This document shows, piece by piece, positions 9,533 to 16,355 of a DNA stretch of 64,000 nucleotides (the stretch's first letter is position 1; every line of letters starts with the position of its first letter). The DNA comes from an uncultured virus (IMG/VR IMGVR_UViG_3300043086_000101). Its lineage: Duplodnaviria > Heunggongvirae > Uroviricota > Caudoviricetes. The stretch lies in the IMG/VR virus record IMGVR_UViG_3300043086_000101. One strand, given 5' to 3'. Position numbers and translations under genes: made by a program. Under the pieces are notes generated by a model. The model was not told where the DNA came from. It worked only from the letters and a program-made list of their open reading frames with translations, and made no database searches.

Positions 9533-9811
9533 ATGAGATATATAGATGTAAATCGCCAAGAAATGCCAGATAATTTTAATAAAGATGACTATACAATTGC
9601 TGAAGCTACAATTGCTAAAGATGGAGCTTATGATACAATTGATAATGTGACTAAATTTTTTCTAAATCAAGATGATTATGAAAAAGTTTATATGTGCTAT
9701 CCAAAGGTTGAAAATGAAAATATAATTAGCCCAATAGAAGAAACTTTGATTGAACATGACCAAGCACTATGTGATTTATATGAAATTTTAAATAATGCTG
9801 GCTTAGCATAA
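9533..9811 (+). CDS. Putative tail-fibre assembly/chaperone protein, paralog B
   Basis: Shares EMPxxFNxDDY, IAKxGAYDTIDNVTKF and DxAxCDLYE with 5895-6188. Confidence 0.6.
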   Translation: MRYIDVNRQEMPDNFNKDDYTIAEATIAKDGAYDTIDNVTKFFLNQDDYEKVYMCYPKVENENIISPIEETLIEHDQALCDLYEILNNAGLA

Positions 9812-9818
9812 TAATAAG

Positions 9819-9846
9819 AGGACTAGAATTTTTCTAGTCCTTTTTT
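9819..9846 (+). terminator. Intrinsic terminator
   Basis: AGGACTAGAA/TTCTAGTCCT stem plus T run closing the fibre cassette. Confidence 0.8.
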
Positions 9847-9847
9847 A

Positions 9848-9876
9848 TTGACAAAAAATATATATTATAATATAAT
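9848..9876 (+). promoter_or_regulatory. sigma70-type promoter
   Basis: TTGACA-N17-TATAAT. Confidence 0.8.
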
Positions 9877-9910
9877 TATAATATATAAACCAATAGACAA
9901 AGGAGAAGTC

Positions 9911-10387
9911 TTGATTTATCTAACTGCTAATGTATTTGCAGGAGATAATTATCCTGAAAATGCAGCTAATGAAATCAATATTCGTAATGCAAATATTTGG
10001 AATAATCAAGCTAAAGATAAAGATTATGTATATATTTGTGGGAATGTAGTTGATGGTAATATTGATAAAGAACTAAAGAAATTGCTAAAAATGCTAAAAG
10101 GAAATATCACAGTTTTACGTGGAGATACAGATAATGAATCTAATCTCGAAATCTTTAAGGAAATTGGTTGGAGCGTGGCAAACTTCTTCACTACCGATGA
10201 AGATAATTATCGTTTTGTGTGCGGCTATCATTGTACTGATCCTCACGTGTTTCCTAAATCTAAAACAATTATTTGTTGTGGTAAGGAAAATAATTCTTGC
10301 TGTCCTAATAGTGTTAATGTTTCTTTTAATACTAATTTTGCCCTCTTGAGTCTACAAGATGTGGAGAAGCTTTATAATCAAATTTGA
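9911..10387 (+). CDS. Degenerate calcineurin-like metallophosphoesterase paralog
   Basis: TTG start after AAGGAG; aligns by eye with 15322-15873 (IYLTAN, WN...DYVYICGN, LKGNITVLRGDTD) but metal ligands are substituted. Confidence 0.65.
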   Translation: MIYLTANVFAGDNYPENAANEINIRNANIWNNQAKDKDYVYICGNVVDGNIDKELKKLLKMLKGNITVLRGDTDNESNLEIFKEIGWSVANFFTTDEDNYRFVCGYHCTDPHVFPKSKTIICCGKENNSCCPNSVNVSFNTNFALLSLQDVEKLYNQI

Positions 10388-10413
10388 CAATAAATTTAAA
10401 AATATGTTATAAT
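10384..10413 (+). promoter_or_regulatory. sigma70-type promoter
   Basis: TTGACA-N18-TATAAT with TG. Confidence 0.8.
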
Positions 10414-10441
10414 ATAATCAACGAAAGAGAGAAAGGATATT

Positions 10442-11044
10442 ATGATTTGGTTTACTTCTGATATATATTTATATCCTTCTAGCTCTGATTCCAATGACCA
10501 TTATAATGATTATATTATAAATAAATGGAACACAGATATTGCGGCCCTCGATGACGTGTATGTACTAGGCGGCCTTTTCCGCACTTATCGAGAAATTGAA
10601 CCTTTCAATAAAAATTATGTTGAAAAAATTATTGATAGGCTCAATGGCCGCATCCATCTTGTTCCAAATGAAGATGTTGATGATTTTCTTTTATATTCTT
10701 ATCTTGATTCTATTGGAAAGATTGAGTGGCAATTTCAATATGATTTTAAACACTATAATTATTTAATGATAGCTACCTGTAACCCAATAGATGTAACAAC
10801 TTATTCAGAATCATATGATGAGGGATTTGAAGAGTATATTAATATTATTGGTAATGGTCTTGCCCGCATGGAAGACCTTACCGATGGATGCACGTATGCT
10901 CCCGCATCTTACACAGCTAAACGAGGTTTTGTTTCAATAGATGATGTATGGGAAGATGCAAATCAGAGTGCATATGTTGATGCTCTAATCGAAGTTTTAA
11001 ATGCAGTTGAAGAAGAAGATGATGACTGGAATGATTGGGATTAA
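10442..11044 (+). CDS. Degenerate calcineurin-like metallophosphoesterase paralog
   Basis: MIWFTSDIY...INKWN...DDVYVLGG...LNGRIHLVPNED; DxH, GD and GNHD motifs are all altered. Confidence 0.65.
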   Translation: MIWFTSDIYLYPSSSDSNDHYNDYIINKWNTDIAALDDVYVLGGLFRTYREIEPFNKNYVEKIIDRLNGRIHLVPNEDVDDFLLYSYLDSIGKIEWQFQYDFKHYNYLMIATCNPIDVTTYSESYDEGFEEYINIIGNGLARMEDLTDGCTYAPASYTAKRGFVSIDDVWEDANQSAYVDALIEVLNAVEEEDDDWNDWD

Positions 11045-11122
11045 ATGAGTAACGGAGATATTTTTCTTATTATCTGGTTTGTAGCAGTTGCGGCGATTGT
11101 AATCGTCCCGCATTTGAAGTAA
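11045..11122 (+). CDS. Possible 25-aa membrane peptide
   Basis: MSNGDIFLIIWFVAVAAIVIVPHLK directly after the upstream stop; weak RBS. Confidence 0.35.
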   Translation: MSNGDIFLIIWFVAVAAIVIVPHLK

Positions 11123-11142
11123 TTATAGATTTAAAATTTTAC

Positions 11143-11172
11143 TTGACTCTTGGATTAAAAATATGTTATAAT
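11143..11172 (+). promoter_or_regulatory. sigma70-type promoter
   Basis: TTGACT-N18-TATAAT with TG. Confidence 0.8.
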
Positions 11173-11202
11173 ATTATTATAAGATAAACGGAAGGAGAGA
11201 AA

Positions 11203-11412
11203 TTGAAGTTTCCTTGTACTTATGATTTCCATCAGATGCGAACAGCTCTAGAATCTGCTGGATATTCAGAAACTAAAAAGAAGAAGTACCGCAAACCAAA
11301 AGCAATCAAGTGTAAGGTATGCGGTACAGATATGGTGCGGCAAGATGAAAGTAATGTAGTCACATGTCCTAATTGTGATAACTACATTGTATTTGAGGAA
11401 AAGGTTCAGTAA
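11203..11412 (+). CDS. Small zinc-ribbon protein
   Basis: CKVC...CPNC, basic stretch, AAGGAG RBS with TTG start. Confidence 0.7.
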   Translation: MKFPCTYDFHQMRTALESAGYSETKKKKYRKPKAIKCKVCGTDMVRQDESNVVTCPNCDNYIVFEEKVQ

Positions 11413-11435
11413 CACATTTTCTTCAAAATCAAGAT

Positions 11436-11465
11436 TTGACAATATATTATAATTTATGTTATAAT
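11436..11465 (+). promoter_or_regulatory. sigma70-type promoter of the ncRNA/tRNA transcript
   Basis: TTGACA-N18-TATAAT with TG. Confidence 0.8.
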
Positions 11466-11471
11466 ATAAAT

Positions 11472-11826
11472 AACAAGTTGAGAGATTTGTTGAAGGTTTG
11501 GGTCAAGCAAAAGCTAATATAGTAATTTTTTATAAGATACCTCAATAGAGTCTTCGTTTTTCTTATAAAAGGTCTACTATTACCTAAATGAGTAACTTAA
11601 CCAACTACTCACTTTGCGGAGATGGATTCCCGCATCGTAAAATGTTATGGAGGTCCGTGAGCGGTCATGTGCTGGTGAAGTTGCATTGGTGTTTTCCAAC
11701 TGATGTAAATCGAGGGACAACAGCTTGCCTACACAATAGTTTGTTATATATTGTTACCTAGAAAAGCAATATATCCTTTCTATAGGGTGATATAGAGTAT
11801 GATAAGCTAGATTTTTAGCCTATCAT
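11472..11826 (+). ncRNA. Candidate structured non-coding RNA, family unassigned
   Basis: About 350 nt with no ORF of 60 aa or more between a strong promoter and tRNA-Ser; several stems readable by eye. Confidence 0.45.
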
Positions 11827-11828
11827 GC

Positions 11829-11917
11829 GGAAAAGTGGCAGAGTGGTTGATTGCGTTCGCCTGCTAAGCGAATAATGGGTGAAAATCCATTCACGAGTTC
11901 AAATCTCGTCTTTTCCG
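11829..11917 (+). tRNA. tRNA-Ser(GCT)
   Basis: GGAAAAG/CTTTTCC acceptor, TTCGC-CTGCTAA-GCGAA anticodon arm, long variable arm, TTCAAAT T-loop; no encoded CCA. Confidence 0.92.
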
Positions 11918-11935
11918 CATGGTAGTATATACAGT

Positions 11936-12008
11936 GGACCTATAGCATAATGGTCAATGCAGCCGACTCATAATCGGTTGAGTGTAGGTTCAAATCCTAC
12001 TGGGTCCA
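11936..12008 (+). tRNA. tRNA(CAT), most likely Ile2 (lysidine type) rather than Met
   Basis: GGACCTA/TGGGTCC acceptor, CTCATAA loop, A73; the GGACC start resembles Firmicutes tRNA-Ile2. Confidence 0.88.
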
Positions 12009-12038
12009 CTGTATATATTAAATGTGAATATGTATTGT

Positions 12039-12121
12039 GGGCTAGTGGCGAAATGGCAAACGCGGTGGACTTAAAATCCACTTCTCGTGAGAGGTTGAGG
12101 GTTCGAGTCCCTCCTGGCCTA
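12039..12121 (+). tRNA. tRNA-Leu(TAA)
   Basis: GTGGA-CTTAAAA-TCCAC anticodon arm, variable arm, GAGGG-TTCGAGT-CCCTC T arm. Confidence 0.92.
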
Positions 12122-12149
12122 CAATGCATATTTGCAAATTATTATCAGA

Positions 12150-12222
12150 CACTCCTTAGCTTAGCAGGTAAAGCAGAGGACTTTTAATCCTAAGAGCATC
12201 GGTTCGATTCCGATAGGAGTGA
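12150..12222 (+). tRNA. tRNA-Lys(TTT)
   Basis: CACTCCT/AGGAGTG acceptor, CTTTTAA loop, ATCGG-TTCGATT-CCGAT T arm. Confidence 0.88.
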
Positions 12223-12249
12223 CTGATGATAGTCAATGCTATACTACGA

Positions 12250-12323
12250 GCGGCGTTACCTCAGTTGGATAGAGGAGAAGACTTCTAATCTTTTTGTCAC
12301 AGGTTCGAGTCCTGTACGCCGCA
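12250..12323 (+). tRNA. tRNA-Arg(TCT)
   Basis: GCGGCGT/ACGCCGC acceptor, CTTCTAA loop, ACAGG-TTCGAGT-CCTGT T arm. Confidence 0.92.
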
Positions 12324-12340
12324 CGTAGTATAGTTAATAT

Positions 12341-12416
12341 GCTGCAATAGCTCAGTCGGCAGAGCACTTCGTTGGTAATTAAGAGGTCCACAGTTCAATA
12401 CTGTGTTGCAGCTCCA
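12341..12416 (+). tRNA. tRNA-Thr(GGT) with imperfect anticodon stem and encoded CCA
   Basis: GCTGCAA/TTGCAGC acceptor + TCCA; loop TTGGTAA; stem CTTCG/TTAAG has a C:T mismatch. Confidence 0.8.
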
Positions 12417-12447
12417 TCTATAATCTTGTTTACGAGTGGAGAATATT

Positions 12448-12630
12448 ATGTCTAAAAAGAAAAAGAAATTTTCTATAGGCAAAATTACATCGGAGCAGCA
12501 ATTTGAAATGTCTAAACCAAAGTGGAATGGATATAATTGCGGCACTGGTGTTCATGGTGACGTATCATATAATAGACGAAAGTTTAAAAAGGATACTAAT
12601 CACATTATTAACGAGGATTGGCAACACTAG
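12448..12630 (+). CDS. Small basic protein, candidate ArfA-like ribosome rescue factor
   Basis: GGAG RBS, ATG 12448, 60 aa; GxI...PxW...GxxSYNRRK pattern; the TAG stop is nt 1-3 of tRNA-Gln. Confidence 0.6.
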   Translation: MSKKKKKFSIGKITSEQQFEMSKPKWNGYNCGTGVHGDVSYNRRKFKKDTNHIINEDWQH

Positions 12631-12698
12631 ACTATGGTGTAATGGTAACACTACAGGTTTTGGTCCTGTCATTCATGGTTCGAGTCCATGTAGTCTAG
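12628..12698 (+). tRNA. tRNA-Gln(TTG)
   Basis: TAGACTA/TAGTCTA acceptor (U1-A72), ACAGG-TTTTGGT-CCTGT anticodon arm, CATGG-TTCGAGT-CCATG T arm, G73. Confidence 0.92.
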
Positions 12699-12747
12699 CG
12701 TTGCTAATCTAGCATTTAAAATTAAATAATTAAAGAAAGGTTATAAA

Positions 12748-12939
12748 ATGAAGATTGACCCTCGTGACTACGAGTCCTATGATGACTTCTATGAGGAAGA
12801 ATATCCACGTAAACCAAAGCTACATTATAATGATGTAGCTAAGCACCGCAAAGGTTCAGATATTCGTAACAAGCGACTTGAAAAAGAACGCTGGAAGGAT
12901 AACGAATCTGACAAGGATATTGATTCATTTAACCTATAA
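12748..12939 (+). CDS. Small charged hypothetical protein
   Basis: GAAAGG RBS, 63 aa, followed by a terminator. Confidence 0.65.
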   Translation: MKIDPRDYESYDDFYEEEYPRKPKLHYNDVAKHRKGSDIRNKRLEKERWKDNESDKDIDSFNL

Positions 12940-12945
12940 TTTTAG

Positions 12946-12976
12946 AAAAGCCTTCCGTTTGGAGGGCTTTTCTTTT
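12946..12976 (+). terminator. Intrinsic terminator
   Basis: AAAAGCCTTCC/GGAGGGCTTTT stem plus T tract. Confidence 0.75.
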
Positions 12977-13085
12977 ATTCCTTCAAATTTGACCGTGGCG
13001 TCGAAGAAAATATGCTACAGAAATTTTTAATCCAATTTTGCCCAAATAATTTTGTTATATATTTTTCCCGAAACTAAGGAGTATT

Positions 13086-13526
13086 ATGCACAAGAAGATT
13101 CTAAGTTCTGATTACAACCCTGAAACTGGTATTAGTACTGTTACTCTCGTTGACCAGTGGGGTACTCATACTGCAACTGCCAAGCTTCACCCAGAAGATA
13201 GTGATGTTGCAAACATGTGGGATGGTTGTGCAGCCGCACATTACAAGGCAGAACTAAAGTCTATGAAGAAGAAGATTAAGGCGATGCGTGAACGTAAGCG
13301 CGGTGCGGAAATTCTATTTAATAATCTAGCTGAAAATACTCTTCCAGACGACGCTACTCTTGCTCGCGCAAAACGTCAGGTAGAAGTTATGGGTCGTGAA
13401 CTTAGTCTTCTCCAAGGGCAATATCATGATATGAAGCATAACTATCATGCTGTCATTGAGCACAGTCTAAATGGCAAGCGTGAATTCCGCAAGAAGATGA
13501 CAGATAAAGAAAATGTGGATGAATAA
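13086..13526 (+). CDS. Hypothetical protein (beta N-domain plus coiled coil)
   Basis: AAGGAG RBS, 146 aa. Confidence 0.75.
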   Translation: MHKKILSSDYNPETGISTVTLVDQWGTHTATAKLHPEDSDVANMWDGCAAAHYKAELKSMKKKIKAMRERKRGAEILFNNLAENTLPDDATLARAKRQVEVMGRELSLLQGQYHDMKHNYHAVIEHSLNGKREFRKKMTDKENVDE

Positions 13527-13533
13527 TTAACTA

Positions 13534-13563
13534 TTGACTCTTGGATGAATTTTGTGATATAAT
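13534..13563 (+). promoter_or_regulatory. sigma70-type promoter
   Basis: TTGACT-N18-TATAAT with TG. Confidence 0.8.
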
Positions 13564-13592
13564 ATATATAATCCAAGAGATAAGAGGTAAAG

Positions 13593-14762
13593 ATGTTTAA
13601 TAATCCTGTTGCGGACTATGTTTTTGATTTTAAGCATAATTATCAGAATAAGCATCCTTTTGATGGAGAGTATAGTTGGATTGATGCTCTTCATCGTGAT
13701 AATCGCATGTCTCCTCTTATCATCAGTACTTATAAGAATTATATGATTATTAAGTATCGTTCTTTGACTGAATCTTTTGAAGACCCAGAATTTTGGGATA
13801 AGTATGACCAGTTTTATCAGTATTCTCGTTCTCTGGTTATAGACTTTAAGAATGAGAATATTGTTCTTTGGCCTTATAAGAAGTTTTTTAATATTAATGA
13901 ACGCGCGGAAACTAGCTATGAAAATATTATTTCCCGCATGGAAAATGCTCATGATGTATATTTTTCTGAAAAGCTTGATGGTTCTTATATTGCAGCTACT
14001 TTTTATATGGGTGAATTTGTAGTATCTTCATCTTCTGGAATTGATCCATCTACCAATGGTTATGTAGAGTATGCCTATAATTATATTTCTAATCATGACA
14101 ATGTGCGGATTATGCTTGAAGAGGGTGAAGGTTTTACTTATATATTTGAACTTATTGAACCAGATTTTGACCAGCATGTAGTAGATTATTCTAACATTGA
14201 ACATGGTCTGTATCTTACTGGCGTAATTGATAATGAGATTGGAGTTAGCCTTAATCCGCGGCAGGTAGTAGAATTAGCAGAAGAATATGATGTACTTCAT
14301 GCTAATGTGGTAGATGATACTATTTATCACATTCTTTCTACTCTTGGTGATGTACCATCTAATGAAGCAGAAGGTTTTGTACTATATATTGACGGATTTC
14401 GTGTAAAGATTAAGTATGATTCATACGTTGAGCTTCATGGAGTTCTTAGTGCAATTAAGTCTCCTAAGCTTACTATTGCGGCTATGCGTGCTGGAAATTT
14501 AGATGATTTTATTTCTAAGATTCCTGCGGCATATCATGACATCGTTATGTCTTATGTACATGATGCTGTAGAGTATGAAGAACATATGATTGAGACTGTT
14601 CTTGATTATATGGAGAAGATGTATTCTAGCATTGGCCGCAATCCTTCTCGTAAGGAAGCGATGATATATATTACTGAAAATATGCCAAAGGAAATTCAAG
14701 CATATGCTCGTAATATATTTCTTGGCCGCAAGAATGATTATCTAAAGCATTACAAGGGTTAA
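13593..14762 (+). CDS. RNA ligase, T4 Rnl1-like
   Basis: KFFNINE, motif I EKLDGS, FELI, EGFVL, VKIK. Confidence 0.88.
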   Translation: MFNNPVADYVFDFKHNYQNKHPFDGEYSWIDALHRDNRMSPLIISTYKNYMIIKYRSLTESFEDPEFWDKYDQFYQYSRSLVIDFKNENIVLWPYKKFFNINERAETSYENIISRMENAHDVYFSEKLDGSYIAATFYMGEFVVSSSSGIDPSTNGYVEYAYNYISNHDNVRIMLEEGEGFTYIFELIEPDFDQHVVDYSNIEHGLYLTGVIDNEIGVSLNPRQVVELAEEYDVLHANVVDDTIYHILSTLGDVPSNEAEGFVLYIDGFRVKIKYDSYVELHGVLSAIKSPKLTIAAMRAGNLDDFISKIPAAYHDIVMSYVHDAVEYEEHMIETVLDYMEKMYSSIGRNPSRKEAMIYITENMPKEIQAYARNIFLGRKNDYLKHYKG

Positions 14763-14782
14763 TATTATAAAGAATTTATAGA

Positions 14783-14826
14783 AGACCATTTGTCATTTGA
14801 CAAGTGGTCTTTTTTTATGCTATAAT
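14783..14826 (+). promoter_or_regulatory. Overlapping terminator and sigma70-type promoter
   Basis: AGACCATTTGTCA/TGACAAGTGGTCT hairpin + T run; TTGACA 14797-14802, N18, TATAAT 14821-14826. Confidence 0.8.
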
Positions 14827-14869
14827 AATATCAACAAGTTGAGGGAAACCAAGAGGAAAGGAACTTGAA

Positions 14870-15322
14870 ATGGATAAGCCTACTGTTTTCATTATGTGCG
14901 GACCTGCTGGTTGCGGGAAAACTACTGTTGCACATTCCATTGCTGCTACTTATGATGCAGAAATCTTTTCCTCAGATGATATGCGTGAGCAGCTGTATGG
15001 TGATTCTTCAATCCAAGGTGATGCTGATGAGGTTTTCCGCAATCTCTATGCTGCAGCCCGCATATCAGTTAGCACTGGCAAAAATGTAGTTATTGATTCT
15101 ACTTCTCTTGGACGCAAAGTCCGCAAGCGTTGTATGCGCAACTTTGATGGAGTTGATTTTGTCGCTGTTGTAGTTACTGCTTCTCTTGAAACTGCACTTC
15201 GACAGAATGAAAACCGCAAGCGTAAGGTTCCTCGCTACATCATCGAACGACAGTTTAAGCAGTTTAATCCTCCAACTGAGGATGAAGGTTTTGTTAAGAT
15301 TTTGGAATATCGGAGGTATTAA
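14870..15322 (+). CDS. Polynucleotide kinase-like P-loop protein (AAA_33)
   Basis: GPAGCGKTT, SSDDMR, VVIDST, RQNENR...VP. Confidence 0.85.
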   Translation: MDKPTVFIMCGPAGCGKTTVAHSIAATYDAEIFSSDDMREQLYGDSSIQGDADEVFRNLYAAARISVSTGKNVVIDSTSLGRKVRKRCMRNFDGVDFVAVVVTASLETALRQNENRKRKVPRYIIERQFKQFNPPTEDEGFVKILEYRRY

Positions 15323-15873
15323 TGATATATTTCACGTCTGACCTCCACATAGGTCATGACCAACCTTTTATCTGGCGTTCTCGTGGATTTTCTTCTATTG
15401 AAGAACATGATGAAGCTATTATAGACAATATCAACAAGACAGTTGATAAAGGAGACACTCTTATTGTGCTTGGTGATTTGTCTCTTGGACCTCTTGAGAA
15501 CGTCCATAAATTGTCTTATATAGACTTTACTGTCAAGGTTAAGGTTTTAATTGGAAATCATGATTCATTTCCTCGTTTAGATGCATATGATAATATTGGA
15601 TTTGATACTACCTCTTTTGGCTATGCTAGTCCTTTTACATATCATAAGTGGAAGTTCATGCTTTCACATTATCCAATGCTAACGACTAATTTTGACGATA
15701 AGGGAGTGCGGAATCGAGTTTGGAATCTGCATGGTCATACTCACAGTAAGGATAAGCTAGAACTTTGGCCGCAGGCTGGTATAAATGTTGGAGTAGATGC
15801 CAATAATCTTTGTCCGATTTCTATTGAAGAAATTATTGAAACTATTAGGGAGACTTGGAACGATGAACATTAA
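15322..15873 (+). CDS. Calcineurin-like metallophosphoesterase
   Basis: Intact DLHIGH, GD, GNHD, HYP, HGHTH and INVGVD motifs. Confidence 0.9.
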   Translation: MIYFTSDLHIGHDQPFIWRSRGFSSIEEHDEAIIDNINKTVDKGDTLIVLGDLSLGPLENVHKLSYIDFTVKVKVLIGNHDSFPRLDAYDNIGFDTTSFGYASPFTYHKWKFMLSHYPMLTTNFDDKGVRNRVWNLHGHTHSKDKLELWPQAGINVGVDANNLCPISIEEIIETIRETWNDEH

Positions 15874-16231
15874 GACTTGGTATTATAATAGTGTAATGGA
15901 TGATTTTCTTGATTATGTTAATGATATTCTTGAATATGATTCTGATAGGCCATATGAAGATGTTTATGATGACATTGTAATGGTATCTACTGGTAATGAT
16001 TGTGGTCGTCGTGCTGGTTTTAACGCTACAATGGCTCATGAAATTGCATTTGATCGTGATTTTATCAACTATGTACACTCTATGGGTCTAACACTTGATG
16101 AAATCATTTGTAAGTATGGTGATGAAGGCATCGACTGTTGGGCCGCTAACTTTATCATGGATACTTATTATGATAACTTTGCCGAAGAGTGGAAAGAGCG
16201 TTGCACTCAGTATAATCTCGGAGAATATTAA
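15863..16231 (+). CDS. Hypothetical acidic protein
   Basis: ATG 15863 after GGGAG, overlapping the end of the upstream gene. Confidence 0.65.
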   Translation: MNIKTWYYNSVMDDFLDYVNDILEYDSDRPYEDVYDDIVMVSTGNDCGRRAGFNATMAHEIAFDRDFINYVHSMGLTLDEIICKYGDEGIDCWAANFIMDTYYDNFAEEWKERCTQYNLGEY

Positions 16232-16250
16232 AATTCATAAATAAATTATA

Positions 16251-16282
16251 AGAGTAAGGTAGAAATACCTTGCTCTTTTTTT
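16251..16282 (+). terminator. Intrinsic terminator
   Basis: AGAGTAAGGTA/TACCTTGCTCT stem, GAAA loop, T run. Confidence 0.8.
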
Positions 16283-16284
16283 AT

Positions 16285-16313
16285 TTGACAAAAATTAATA
16301 TATGTGATATAAT
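16285..16313 (+). promoter_or_regulatory. sigma70-type promoter
   Basis: TTGACA-N17-TATAAT with TG. Confidence 0.8.
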
Positions 16314-16355
16314 ATAATAGTAATGAAGATAAAAGTAAATGGAAAGGAGTAAGAG

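Noticed and set aside
11472..11826. tmRNA, RNase P RNA, SRP RNA or group II intron domain V
   Set aside because: No tRNA-Ala-like ends or T-arm, no GAGGAAAGUCC, no SRP loop; the GAGCGG...GTGAAG stretch only loosely resembles domain V.
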